Assembly: GCA_963809895.1 (NCBI GenBank)
Contig: CAWELD010000003.1
Location: 1,760,001-1,824,000, forward strand
Source of the DNA: an uncultured Gemmatimonadales bacterium
GTDB lineage: Bacteria > Gemmatimonadota > Gemmatimonadetes > Longimicrobiales > Gaopeijiaceae
Direction: 5' to 3'
Length of the DNA: 64,000 nt
Translations under genes and position numbers: made by a program
The notes under the pieces: model-generated
What the model saw: the letters and a program-made list of their open reading frames with translations, nothing else
The model's database searches: none
What the model was told of the DNA's origin: nothing
In this document: in pieces, positions 1 through 9,399 of the stretch
Layout: every line of letters starts with the position of its first letter
Numbering within the stretch: the stretch's first letter is position 1

Positions 1-332
1 TGCTGCTCCGCCTCCCAGCGTATGACGTTGCGGGCATCGGCCTCTTTCATCCGGTCCATCTCGATGGGCTTGATGATCACGTCGTGACCGCCCACGCCCG
101 TGATCACGTCACGGCCCTGGAGTCCCAGGTCGGAGAAGAGGCTGCGAACCGTGTCGGAGACCACTCCGTAATCCATGATCTCGCCTTCCACGATCGTATC
201 GGGGAGGAGCGGTCTCATGGCGACCCGCCGGACTTCCGGCTGATCTCCCGAGTGGTCCACCTCGACGACTTTGACGAAGCCGCTGCCGATGTCGAGGCCG
301 ACCGAGGTCTTCTTGCGTCCGAAGAGAGGCAT
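1..332 (-). CDS. pilM: Type IV pilus assembly ATPase-like protein PilM (5' part; runs off the window edge)
   Basis: Manual translation from ATG at 332, absent from the ORF track: MPLFGRKKTSVGLDIGSGFVKVVEV...IVEGEIMD...VIIKPIEM...IRWEAEQ. VGLDIGS actin-fold motif and IRWEAEQ are typical of PilM; lies downstream of the pilin genes. Confidence 0.93.
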   Translation of the reverse strand, partial: MPLFGRKKTSVGLDIGSGFVKVVEVDHSGDQPEVRRVAMRPLLPDTIVEGEIMDYGVVSDTVRSLFSDLGLQGRDVITGVGGHDVIIKPIEMDRMKEADARNVIRWEAEQ

Positions 333-390
333 GCGCGCCCTCGCTACGCGGCGGGTGAGGAGTGGAGATTTTCTCCAGAATACGGCGACG

Positions 391-420
391 ACGGTAATGC
401 CGAAAGACTAGTCACGTCAA
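391..420 (-). promoter_or_regulatory. Putative sigma-70 promoter for pilM (TTGACG-N18-TACCGT)
   Basis: Hexamers read in the AT-richer intergenic gap upstream of pilM; spacing 18. Confidence 0.4.
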
Positions 421-525
421 GAAATATCTCGGAACTGCCCGATGCGCAAGAATTGGTAAACATTTGACGCAAAACAGACTTCATCTGACGTCTCGCGACC
501 TCGGCTCGAATCCCTTGGAGGAGCA

Positions 526-1699
526 TCAGTTGCCCAGGTTCGACAGGTCCACCCACGAGCGCTCGCTGAGCGTGCGCAGCCGGGTGAGGTTGCCGTTCAG
601 CAGCAGGGCCCGCGTGATGGCGCAGCTCGAGTTCTGGACGATCGAGGTACCCACCAGGCGCTCACGATCGAGCGAGGCGTTGGAGGCCAACACGCCTCCG
701 TAGATCCGCTGACCGCTGCCCTGGGTCTCGAAAGTGCCCCTGGGTGATGATGATGCCGTGGTAGATGAAGTCACCCCGCAGATCGGCGTTTCCGTCGATG
801 AGGAGGATGCCCTGGCCCACCGCCGCCGACTGATTGTTGGCGTCGCCGTTGATGTAGATGATGGGGAAATACGACCCGCACGACGAGGTGGGATCGATGG
901 GATCGCCCCAGTTGTTCGGATCCGCGTAGTTGCAGCTCCCGTCCGCGTTGAAGCTGGGAGACATGCCGTTGAAATTCCCACTCGAAAACTGCCAGTTGGA
1001 CAGGTCGATGAGATCCTGCCAGGACAGGTCTCCGAACTGGGTGAAGGTCGAGTCGGCGATGGACGCGTCGGTGCCCGTGGGCGGATCCCCGCTCACGGCG
1101 CCGCCGCCGCTGGTACTCACGGTCCCGCTGGGGTCGGTGAGCACGCCGGTCTTGTCGTTGTCGGCAGTCGGGCAGGACGACCAACCGGGTGGGTTCGTGT
1201 CGTAGCCCGACACCTCGGCGCCACCGCGGATGCTTACCGAGCCGCGCGTGGTGAGCGCGGCGGGCGGATCGATGTTGGCCGTGGAAAGCTTGGCGATGAG
1301 GCCCATCTCGCGGGTCGCGCCAGAGAGCAACTCGCCGCCCCGGGTGATGGTGCCCGTGCCGTCGAGCATGTAGTTCCAGTCCGACATCTTGGTGGCGGTC
1401 ACCGTCCAGATGCCTTCGTCGAGGGTGTCGGCGTAGGTCCTGGTGCTCCAATCGGACACACCGCTCCAGGAGCTGGCATCCCAGTTCTCCATGACCTCAC
1501 TGACGCCCCGCTCGGCGAGGTAGAACGCCCGCGTGGACTGGCGGCTCGCGATGCCGATGCGAGTCTCCTGGCGGGCGATGTAGAACCCGCCTGTCACCAA
1601 CACGCCCACCACCACCAACCCGAAGATGGCGGCCGGGAGCGCGAAGCCCCCTCGCCTTCGGGTGGCCGGGGCGGTAGTACGGATCATGGCAGGGTTCAT
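526..1699 (-). CDS. PilX/ComZ-like large minor pilin (cassette 1), with one +1 frameshift at ~737-740
   Basis: RRRGG|FALPAAIFGLVVVGVLV prepilin-like N-terminus lacking E5 (PilX trait); AGGAGG RBS before ATG 1699. Frame of ORF 662..1726 joins frame of ORF 526..981 (...IIITQG/TFETQGSGQRIYGGVLA...) if one G is removed from the GGGG run. Confidence 0.8.
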
Positions 1700-1729
1700 G
1701 GTTCCTCCTGGAAGGGCCGGAATCACCGG

Positions 1730-2551
1730 TCAGTTCCTGGTATAGATGGCGGCGGTGAGGGAGTCCGCGACTTGCCTCCCCGAGGTGGGGTTCTTGGCTT
1801 CCGAGCGTGCCCGGACCGTGACCCGGATCTCGCGAACGTCCGTGGCGACGGTGGCCGTCGCCCCGTTCTCATCGAAGTACGAGAAGACGAGTCCCGGCGT
1901 CGATGAGTCGTAGGAGACCAGCGGCCCCACCAGAGGAACGGCGTCCTGCCCCGGCGCCTTGCGCCCGAGATACGCCTGACCGTTCTCCTCGTAGAGGCCG
2001 TACGTGTAGGTCCCATAGGCTCGGATGGGCGCACCCATCCGTACCGAGTCGTTGGTGAAGTCGGCGTTGTATCCCGCGAAGGTCAGATCCTGCGCCGCGT
2101 CGCCGTTCGAGCAGGTCACCGAATTGTCTGCGGCCGAGACCACCGCGGAGATCCAGGCGTCGTCCGACGACTTGGCCTCCTCGTTGTCGGCGTACACGAA
2201 GACGGAGTCGCCGACGACGAAGCTGTCGGCACCCGCCGGGCGCACGCGAAGCGTCGGCGTCGTGGTCCAGTCCGGATCGCAGGTGACGCCGAAGGCCCGC
2301 ATGACGTGAACGGTGAGGGAGTCCTCGCTGAAGGACAGGATGTCCCCGCCCCGGCTACTCACCTCCCGGAGCTCGTTGAAGAGAACGTCCATGGCCGCGC
2401 GCGTGGACTGCTGCGCACGAACGTGCTCGTTCTGGACGGTGTAGGTGCGCTGGTTGACGACCAGTACCTGATAGGTCGCGAGAACCAGGAGTACGCCGAC
2501 CACAGCGACCACCAGCAACTCGACCAGCGTGAATCCGCGTCGTGTGCGCAT
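1730..2551 (-). CDS. PilW-like minor pilin (cassette 1)
   Basis: MRTRRG|FTLVELLVV class III signal with E5; QQSTRAAMDVLFNELR helix; C-terminal IYTRN; start overlaps the upstream stop. Confidence 0.85.
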   Translation of the reverse strand: MRTRRGFTLVELLVVAVVGVLLVLATYQVLVVNQRTYTVQNEHVRAQQSTRAAMDVLFNELREVSSRGGDILSFSEDSLTVHVMRAFGVTCDPDWTTTPTLRVRPAGADSFVVGDSVFVYADNEEAKSSDDAWISAVVSAADNSVTCSNGDAAQDLTFAGYNADFTNDSVRMGAPIRAYGTYTYGLYEENGQAYLGRKAPGQDAVPLVGPLVSYDSSTPGLVFSYFDENGATATVATDVREIRVTVRARSEAKNPTSGRQVADSLTAAIYTRN

Positions 2552-2937
2552 CACGGCCTCACGATCCGGTAGTCGAAGGTGTCGGCGACCTGGCCCTTGA
2601 GGCCGGGCATGCCCGAGCCGGAGCTGAGTCCGGGTCCCACGGTCACGATATGCACGGTCACCGACCGCTGACCCGCGGTCACGGTCCACTTGGCCGCGAA
2701 GTTCCCGATGGAGTCGGCGCCGGCCGTGATGCTGTCGTAGTCCATGCTGCGCAGCCGTTCGATGACGGATTGCAGCGCGGCAGAGCGTTCCGTGGTGACG
2801 CCCGACAGGGTGACCTGCCGTACCGCGAGCGCCGTGGTGCCCGCGAGGCCCAACACCCCCACGGTGAGGATGATGAGGGCCACCAGGACCTCCACGAGCG
2901 TGAAACCGCCCTCCCGGATCCGCCGACGGGTCGTCAC
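2551..2937 (-). CDS. PilV-like minor pilin (cassette 1)
   Basis: REGG|FTLVEVLVALIILTVGVLGLAG, a PilV-type N-terminus; GTGA overlap with the upstream gene. Confidence 0.85.
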   Translation of the reverse strand: MTTRRRIREGGFTLVEVLVALIILTVGVLGLAGTTALAVRQVTLSGVTTERSAALQSVIERLRSMDYDSITAGADSIGNFAAKWTVTAGQRSVTVHIVTVGPGLSSGSGMPGLKGQVADTFDYRIVRP

Positions 2938-3386
2938 CGGACGATCTGGCCGAGGGGAAGCATGTGGAGCGAGACCGTGTCGGCGCCCGCTCCGAAATAG
3001 ATGTTGATCACCGAATTGAAGGACATGCAGCTCTGGTCCCCGTAGCCGCGGGCGTTCATGCACACCGTGATCGGGTTGGACGATGCGTTGCTCCACACGT
3101 CCACCCCCAGCTCACTCCGGAAGTGGATGGTCTCGAGAACGCGCCCGGCCAGCACGACCGACGCGCTGTCGCCCTCGGTGTCCAGGACCAGATCCACCTC
3201 TGTGCCTCGCTCGATGGCGTGTGCGCGAGTGCGGGCCTGGAGGGCTTCGAAGGTCTTCATCGCCTGCTGAGCGGCCAGGCGACGCTGAACGTCGCCCAGG
3301 GCCCTGCCCACCAGGGAGAGGATGAGCCCGGCGACGACGATCGTCACCGTGAGCTCGATGAGAGTGAAGCCGGCCCGCCGGGTCAT
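2934..3386 (-). CDS. FimT/FimU (GspH-like) minor pilin (cassette 1)
   Basis: MTRRAG|FTLIELTVTIV; LQARTRAHAIERG matches the FimT helix motif; C-terminal LPLGQI. Confidence 0.85.
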   Translation of the reverse strand: MTRRAGFTLIELTVTIVVAGLILSLVGRALGDVQRRLAAQQAMKTFEALQARTRAHAIERGTEVDLVLDTEGDSASVVLAGRVLETIHFRSELGVDVWSNASSNPITVCMNARGYGDQSCMSFNSVINIYFGAGADTVSLHMLPLGQIVR

Positions 3387-3435
3387 GGATGTCCCATCGA
3401 AGGGAGGAGCGCACACGAAACCGGCCCCCCAGGAG

Positions 3436-3451
3436 TGCCAGTTCCATGCCA
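3436..3451 (-). promoter_or_regulatory. Sigma-54 -24/-12 promoter of minor-pilin cassette 1 (TGGCATGGAACTGGCA)
   Basis: TGGCA start with exact GG-N10-GC spacing, ~50 bp upstream of the fimT-like ATG. Confidence 0.65.
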
Positions 3452-3562
3452 TGCCACGGGCTGCATTATTACGCCCTCACGGTGCCCCCCGAAACCCCCC
3501 GGGTGGTCACTTTCTGCCGGGTAGTGGCAAACATTGCCGGTCCGGTGGCGTCGACTCCATCG

Positions 3563-4588
3563 TCAGGGGAGGCTCCATCCCGGGCGCGGCAGCACCACCG
3601 GGCGCCGCAGGGTCGAGTCGGCAACCAGCGCCGTGTACGCCGCGCACGGCCCGGCCACCCAACCCCCGTCGGCGACGACGAACGACCCTCCGACACGGGC
3701 GACGCCCTCGATCCGCGCCCCCGCGTCCACCCGCAGGTCTCCCGCCACGAGCACCATCCCCCGGAACGTCACGCCCGAAAGCACCAGGTCGCCGTCCACG
3801 ACCAGAAGTCCCTGCCCCACCCCACCACGCACCTCGAGATCGCCGGCTCGGGCCAGTCCGACGAACCGTTGCGCGCACGGGGACTCCGGATCGAGGGGAT
3901 CGCCCCAGTTCCAGGGTGCCGCCGCACAGGCTCCGTCCGAGACCGCCGGCGCGGGCGTGCCCCATGCCCCGCTCAGCGGCTCGAGCCTCGCGAGAACGGT
4001 ATCCGCCGACAGGTACCCGAGCGCGAGCGGCTCCGACGCCCCGGGACCGCTCCCCGCTCGAACCCCGACCAGGGGACGCGATCCCACCGGAGGCAACAGG
4101 CCCGACGGGCAAGCCGTCGTCTCACCCTCGCCTACCGCCGCCCGGGTGGCGGGATCGGTGACCATGCCGGTCTCCACGGCCCGGGGCAGCGCCGCCAGAC
4201 GCGCCACGGGATCCAGGGCCCACGCCAGGGCCCCGGCCTCGGACCCGACGCCGGCCGAGTCCACCCTCCCCGAGACGAGCGCCAGCTCCGGTGACAGCCG
4301 TCGCGACCACGTCAGCGCCCGCCCTCCCGGAATCACCACCGTAGTGGTGTCCAGCGACAGGGAGTCCGGCAAGCTGTCCAACGCCCGTGCGCCGGCAGCG
4401 GCGAGGGAGGTGGCGCCCCACTGGCGCGCGCGCACCGCCCCGACCACCGCTCCGGTGCGCCGGTGCATCCGCAACAGCACGAGAGAGGCATGGGCCAGCC
4501 CGGTGAAGGCGAGCAGGAGCAGCAGCACCAGAACCAGCACGAACCCTCGCCGTGCCGGCCCGGACCGGCTGAAGGTCAGGGCACCCAT
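3563..4588 (-). CDS. PilX-like minor pilin (cassette 2), paralog of 526..1699
   Basis: ARRG|FVLVLVLLLLL, no E5; shares WGDP.DP.S.C and GQG.L..DG motifs with the cassette 1 PilX. Confidence 0.7.
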   Translation of the reverse strand: MGALTFSRSGPARRGFVLVLVLLLLLAFTGLAHASLVLLRMHRRTGAVVGAVRARQWGATSLAAAGARALDSLPDSLSLDTTTVVIPGGRALTWSRRLSPELALVSGRVDSAGVGSEAGALAWALDPVARLAALPRAVETGMVTDPATRAAVGEGETTACPSGLLPPVGSRPLVGVRAGSGPGASEPLALGYLSADTVLARLEPLSGAWGTPAPAVSDGACAAAPWNWGDPLDPESPCAQRFVGLARAGDLEVRGGVGQGLLVVDGDLVLSGVTFRGMVLVAGDLRVDAGARIEGVARVGGSFVVADGGWVAGPCAAYTALVADSTLRRPVVLPRPGWSLP

Positions 4589-5241
4589 CGTCGTCTCCGC
4601 TCGTTGGTCGACCAGGGCACGGCCAGCACGAGCTCCACCGCACCCGCCCGCACGTCGAGGCGGGTGCGTGCCGGGTCCAGGACCGCAGCTGTGAGCGGCT
4701 GTCGGCCGGCCGCGCCGCGCCGATACCGGAAGGCGTCGTTCGCCGCGTACAGTCCGGCCTCGAACAGGCGCACGAACACGGGAGTCTCTCCGTCGGTGTC
4801 GTCGCCGTTCCAACGCAGCCGCAACGGACGCCCCCCGGACGGACATACCACGCCCGACGGCGGCGGCTCCACCGCCGCGAGAGCCACCACGGACCGCCTA
4901 CCATCGGCCGAGACCAGCTCCAGCGAGTCCTTGGCGGGGTCCGGTTGCCGTAGCCCGCGGTAGCGCACCGTGGCGCCCGGCGACGCCCCCCCACAGGCGA
5001 ATCCCCATCCCCGGAAGACGCGAAGCGCGACCCCGGCGGGGTCGGTCCGCCAATCTTCTCCGGCTCGGCCACCGGCCAGCTCGCGGTCCAGGATTCCACT
5101 GGCGAGGCGGCTCGCCTCCAGCGCCGCGGCCTCGTCCATGAGCATGCGCGAGGCGCGCACGCCCCGCTCCGCCACCGTCCACGCGCCGCGCACGACGAGG
5201 AGCCCGAGCAAGAGGGCCATCAGGACTTCCGTGAGCCTCAT
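4576..5241 (-). CDS. PilW-like minor pilin (cassette 2)
   Basis: MRLTEVLMALLLGLLVV (E5 plus hydrophobic helix), ILDRELAG, later YRRGAAGRQPL; position between PilV- and PilX-like genes. Confidence 0.65.
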   Translation of the reverse strand: MRLTEVLMALLLGLLVVRGAWTVAERGVRASRMLMDEAAALEASRLASGILDRELAGGRAGEDWRTDPAGVALRVFRGWGFACGGASPGATVRYRGLRQPDPAKDSLELVSADGRRSVVALAAVEPPPSGVVCPSGGRPLRLRWNGDDTDGETPVFVRLFEAGLYAANDAFRYRRGAAGRQPLTAAVLDPARTRLDVRAGAVELVLAVPWSTNERRRRWVP

Positions 5242-5633
5242 GGCGGCGACTCCGTCCAGGCGGGGCCCGCCACCCAGATCCTTGTCATGGGTGCGACGTC
5301 CGCGGAAGGGTCACGCACTCCCTCCACCAGGACACCGGGACCCACCGCCGCCCAACGCAGCGTGCCCCAGCTCTCGTCGCGGGCCCCCCCGGCAGCGACG
5401 CGGCCCGCCACCAACGAGTCCGCCATCGCCGAGGCGGCCCACTGCGCGGCTTCCACGCGTCGGGCCACCGCGAGCTCCGCCACGGCGAGGCGCATGATCC
5501 CGGCGACCCCCAGCAGCCCGATCTGGAGGACGACCAGCGCGACCAGGACTTCGACCAGGGAGAACCCGTGGGCCCCGGCCCGTGTCTCGATCCCCGGCGT
5601 TCCGCCCCCGGGCTCAGCGCGCCACGCGGCCAT
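5238..5633 (-). CDS. PilV-like minor pilin (cassette 2)
   Basis: AHG|FSLVEVLVALVVLQIGLLGVAG; start codon uncertain. Confidence 0.75.
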   Translation of the reverse strand: MAAWRAEPGGGTPGIETRAGAHGFSLVEVLVALVVLQIGLLGVAGIMRLAVAELAVARRVEAAQWAASAMADSLVAGRVAAGGARDESWGTLRWAAVGPGVLVEGVRDPSADVAPMTRIWVAGPAWTESPP

Positions 5634-6096
5634 AGGACGAGATGCGGAGAGTCGTGGTGGCCTCACCCCTGACGAGTCGAATGGTCCGGCTGGCGACCTG
5701 TCCCAGGCCCAGCGGTCCGTAGGCCACCGGTGCGATGTCGCGACCCGGATCCAGGCGAACGGTCCAGAGGGAGTCCAGGGCCAGCGTGGCCAACTGGGAA
5801 TCCGCCGCCTCGAGGCGTACCACCGAAGAGGGGACGTCGAAGGTGACGCGCGAGCCGCCCCAGCGGGGTGCTTCAGCACGGGCGCGAGCCAGGACCGACA
5901 CGAGCGCCTCGCGCGCGGAGCGGACGGCCCAGCGGTCCCGAAGACCCGCGGCGGCCGGCGCTGCCATGGACAGTGCCATGGAGAGCAGGAGCAAGACCGT
6001 GGCCAGCTCCAGCAACGTCGCGCCCGACGGAGGGCGTGCCGCGTGAGAAGGGCCTGCCCCGTGACCGGGGCTCCGGAAGAAGAACGGCGTCGTCAT
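5614..6096 (-). CDS. FimT/GspH-like minor pilin (cassette 2)
   Basis: SG|ATLLELATVLLLL...AAP; LARARAEA motif; C-terminal ISSYGRV. Confidence 0.75.
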   Translation of the reverse strand: MTTPFFFRSPGHGAGPSHAARPPSGATLLELATVLLLLSMALSMAAPAAAGLRDRWAVRSAREALVSVLARARAEAPRWGGSRVTFDVPSSVVRLEAADSQLATLALDSLWTVRLDPGRDIAPVAYGPLGLGQVASRTIRLVRGEATTTLRISSYGRVAR

Positions 6097-6147
6097 GAAC
6101 CAAGCTGCCCCCAGGCGCGGGGCGCGAGCATGGCTCGATGGGCCGAT

Positions 6148-7509
6148 CTACTTCAGGCCGTAGTCCTGGATCTTGTAGCGGAGCGCGCGCGGGCTCAGCT
6201 CCAGGAGCTCCGCGGCCTGTGTGCGGTTTCCGCCGGTCCGCTCCAGCGCCCGCTCGATGAGGTGCTTCTCCAGCGCGGCAAGCCTCCGTTTCACGGACAG
6301 GTCACCGTTGTCGGACGCCTCCATGCCCGCACCGGCCGGTGTGGGAACTCGCACGTGCTCCGGGAGATCGGTCAGGGCGATGTGGTCTCCGTCGGCCAGC
6401 ACCAGCGCACGCTCGAGAACGTTCTCCAGCTCGCGCACGTTGCCGGGCCACGAATAGTCCAGCAGCGCCTGCATGGCCTCGGGCGTGATACTGTCCACCC
6501 GCACATCCAGACGACGCTGGTGCCGCTCCAGAAGGTGCACGGCCAAGTCGGGAATCTCCTCCTGCCGCCTGACCAGGGGTGGGAGCTGGATGGGCACGAC
6601 GGCGAGGCGGTAGAACAGATCCTCCCGGAATTCCCCGCTCCCCACCGCCTCCTCCAGGTCCCGGTTGGTGGCGGCGATGATGCGCGTATCGACGCGCGTG
6701 GTCTCGGAGCCACCCACAGGCCGGATCTCGCCTTCCTGGAGTGCGCGCAGGAGCTTCACCTGAAGTGGCGGTGGCAGCTCCCCCACCTCGTCCAGGAAGA
6801 GCGTCCCCCCGTGCGCGGCGGTGAAGAGTCCCATTCGATCCCGCTCGGCGCCCGTGAAGGCTCCCCGAACGTGGCCGAAGAACTCGCTCTCCAGAAGATT
6901 CTCGGGAATGGCGCCGCAGTTCACCGGAACGAAGGGGCCCGAGTGCCGGCCGCTCTCGCGGTGGATGAGGCGAGCGACCAGCTCCTTTCCGGTGCCGCTG
7001 GCCCCGGACAGGAGCACCGGGGAGTCGTGAGGCGCCACGCGCGTCGCCACCTCCAGCGCCCGCACCATGGCGGGCGAGCGGGCGACGAGATCGCCGAAGC
7101 GGGCGTCGGCCCGCACTTCCTGACGCAGGCGCCCCACCTCCTGACGCAACTCCTTGCGCTCCTCGGCCATCTGCACCTTGAGGAGCACCTCATCGGCCCC
7201 GAACGGCTTGGCGAGGTAGTCGTCCGCGCCACGGCGGACCGCCTCCACGGCGAGCTCGGGCGACCCGTAGGCCGTCATGACGAGGACGATCCCTTGACCC
7301 CCCTCGTCACGATAGCGCTCGAGGAAGGTGAGCCCGTCGATCCTGGGCATGCGTACGTCACACAGGATCATGGCCGGGGACTCCGCCAGGGCGCGCTCCA
7401 GTCCCTCCTCGCCATCCTGGGCATGGAGGACCTCGTAGCCGGCGTCCTCGAGGATGAGGGTGAGCGACCTCCGAAGCCCCTTGTCGTCATCGATCACGAG
7501 GATCTTCAC
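6148..7509 (-). CDS. Sigma-54-dependent response regulator (NtrC/PilR family)
   Basis: REC domain (ILVIDDD, CDVRMP, MTAYG, AKPF), AAA+ (GASGTGKE, GAFTGA, FLDEVGE), Fis-type HTH. Confidence 0.95.
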   Translation of the reverse strand: MKILVIDDDKGLRRSLTLILEDAGYEVLHAQDGEEGLERALAESPAMILCDVRMPRIDGLTFLERYRDEGGQGIVLVMTAYGSPELAVEAVRRGADDYLAKPFGADEVLLKVQMAEERKELRQEVGRLRQEVRADARFGDLVARSPAMVRALEVATRVAPHDSPVLLSGASGTGKELVARLIHRESGRHSGPFVPVNCGAIPENLLESEFFGHVRGAFTGAERDRMGLFTAAHGGTLFLDEVGELPPPLQVKLLRALQEGEIRPVGGSETTRVDTRIIAATNRDLEEAVGSGEFREDLFYRLAVVPIQLPPLVRRQEEIPDLAVHLLERHQRRLDVRVDSITPEAMQALLDYSWPGNVRELENVLERALVLADGDHIALTDLPEHVRVPTPAGAGMEASDNGDLSVKRRLAALEKHLIERALERTGGNRTQAAELLELSPRALRYKIQDYGLK

Positions 7510-8762
7510 GCGTCGTCTCCCTCGTCGTTGGTGCCCGGAAGCCTGATCACGAACTCGGCGCCGCCGCCCTCGGCTTCATCCACGTGCAGTCGTCCTCCCA
7601 TTCCTTCCACGAAACGAGCCGAGATGTAGAGTCCCAACCCCGTCCCCTTCCCCGGCTCCTTGGTCGTGAAGAAGGGGTCGAAAACCCGCTCGCGGTCCGC
7701 GGCAGGGATGCCCGGGCCGTTGTCACGGATGCGAATCACCACGACGCGGGAGGCGGTGAAGAGGGTGTCCACACCACCGGGAGCCCGGTCGCGCGACACG
7801 CGCCGCCGATGCATGTAGTTGATTCCCGGTGGATCGTCCTGACGTCGTGCCGGCAAGGCCTGGACCGCACCCGCCTGCGCCTCCAGGGTGATGCGGATCC
7901 GCGGCGCGGGATGGTCCGAGAGGGCGTCCAACGCGTTGAGGAGCAGGTTCACCATCACCTGCTCCAGGCGGGCCGGCTCCATGACCACGGGCGGGAGCTG
8001 CGTCTTCGGATCGGGCCAACTCGCGTCCACCCCGTCCAGGCGGCCCTGGCGCTCGAGGAGCGTGTGTACCCTGTCCACGACCTCCGGCACGCGAGCCGCG
8101 CGCGCCACCTCGTCCTTGTGGCGGGCGAAGTCCAGCAGACTCCGCACCAACAGGTCGATGCGCTCGGCCTCGGCACGGATCGAGTCCAGCAACTCGGTGT
8201 CACCGCCGTCACGCCGAGCACGGCCGCGCGCGACATCGGTGAACGCCACGATGGCGCCCAGCGGATTCCCGACCTCGTGGGCGATCCCCGCCGCCAGCGT
8301 TCCCACCGACGCGAGACGCGCCGCCTGAACCACCTGATCCCGGGCCTCGACGAGCTCCCGGTTGGTGCGATCCAGGGATACCACGTTCTCGGTGAGGAGC
8401 TCCTGATTGTGGACGAGTCGGTCCGCCATGGTGTTCACACCCTCGCGGATCACGTCGAACTCGGCGGTCTGGACCGGGGCGATGCGGTGATGGTAGTCCC
8501 CGTCGGAGATGCGCTGCACGTCGGCGACCAGGCGGTCGACGGGATCCATGAGGCGGGTCTTGAGGATCCGGTGGCCGAACAGCGCCAATACGGTGAGATC
8601 GCCCAACACCATGAGCAGCAGGTACACCGTCACCTGCGCCGCGCTGTCCAGGAGCGGAAGAACCGCCGCCAGGGCGACCCCGGTGACGATCACCGCCCCC
8701 ACCAGGAGGACGGCGAAACTACCGAGAAGCTCGCGTCTCAGGGGAACCGAAGCTCGACGCAT
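7506..8762 (-). CDS. Membrane sensor histidine kinase with HAMP domain (PilS2-like)
   Basis: Two TM helices, HAMP, H-box AHEVGNPL, N-box [26 protein letters not shown]; start could extend to 8870. Confidence 0.93.
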   Translation of the reverse strand: MRRASVPLRRELLGSFAVLLVGAVIVTGVALAAVLPLLDSAAQVTVYLLLMVLGDLTVLALFGHRILKTRLMDPVDRLVADVQRISDGDYHHRIAPVQTAEFDVIREGVNTMADRLVHNQELLTENVVSLDRTNRELVEARDQVVQAARLASVGTLAAGIAHEVGNPLGAIVAFTDVARGRARRDGGDTELLDSIRAEAERIDLLVRSLLDFARHKDEVARAARVPEVVDRVHTLLERQGRLDGVDASWPDPKTQLPPVVMEPARLEQVMVNLLLNALDALSDHPAPRIRITLEAQAGAVQALPARRQDDPPGINYMHRRRVSRDRAPGGVDTLFTASRVVVIRIRDNGPGIPAADRERVFDPFFTTKEPGKGTGLGLYISARFVEGMGGRLHVDEAEGGGAEFVIRLPGTNDEGDDA

Positions 8763-8880
8763 GGCGCGGTTGAGGATCCGGAGGAGCAGGGCCCTCCCCC
8801 GTGGACGGCCCGGGTTCAGGATGGGACGGCGGACGGCCAGCGGCAACGCTCGCGCTACACCGTCACCCATGGGATCCGAC

Positions 8881-9285
8881 TCAGAACGTGCAGGTCACCA
8901 GGCCGGGCCGGTCCGCGGGATCACCGCCGGAGGGATCTGCTTTGCCCTGATAGATCCCGCAGTGCTCGTCTGGAAGGCCCACGTGTTCGGCGGTGGCGGC
9001 CCATCCCTCGTTGTTCGCCGAGTTGATGGTGACGGTGACGCCCTCGCTGACCTCGGCTTCGAGCTCGGAGAGGTCGGCGCTGTACCGGGTCGCGTCGCGA
9101 TAGAAGAGCTCCTGCTGGTTGGCCAGGTTCTTCAGATCGGACTTGATGGTCGCCTGGAACGCCTTCTCCTTGGCGCTGCGGAAGCGGGGAATGGCGATGA
9201 GGGCCAGGATGCTGATCACGATCATGGCGATCATCAACTCCACCAGGGTGAAGCCGCCTCTCTGCCGGTGCCGCGTCGACGTCAT
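8881..9285 (-). CDS. Type IVa pilin, second copy (PilA2/PilE-like)
   Basis: QRGG|FTLVELMIAMIVISILALIAIP; KSDLKNLA; C-terminal Cys pair. Confidence 0.9.
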   Translation of the reverse strand: MTSTRHRQRGGFTLVELMIAMIVISILALIAIPRFRSAKEKAFQATIKSDLKNLANQQELFYRDATRYSADLSELEAEVSEGVTVTINSANNEGWAATAEHVGLPDEHCGIYQGKADPSGGDPADRPGLVTCTF

Positions 9286-9316
9286 GACCGGACTCTCCAG
9301 GTTGGACAGTGGTGGC

Positions 9317-9362
9317 AAAAAAAGGCGAGGAGCGTGGCCCGGAGGCCGGGCCACGCTCCTCG
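9317..9362 (-). terminator. Rho-independent terminator after the major pilin gene
   Basis: Perfect 17-bp stem (9326-9342 / 9346-9362) with a 3-nt loop, followed by a T7 run on the minus strand. Confidence 0.9.
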
Positions 9363-9399
9363 AGCGTCCGGCCGGTGTGCCGGACTTGCTAGCCAGCGA

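Noticed and set aside
84..467. 127-aa plus-strand ORF at the window start
   Set aside because: The real gene is pilM on the minus strand, missed by the track because it runs off the edge.
3500..3560. GGCAAAC suggesting a c-di-GMP-I riboswitch before the minor pilins
   Set aside because: Wrong strand for the downstream genes, and the second stem and GNRA/receptor elements are missing.
5287..7629. 780-aa plus-strand ORF
   Set aside because: Antisense shadow of the response regulator and pilin genes; high GC suppresses stops; no motifs.
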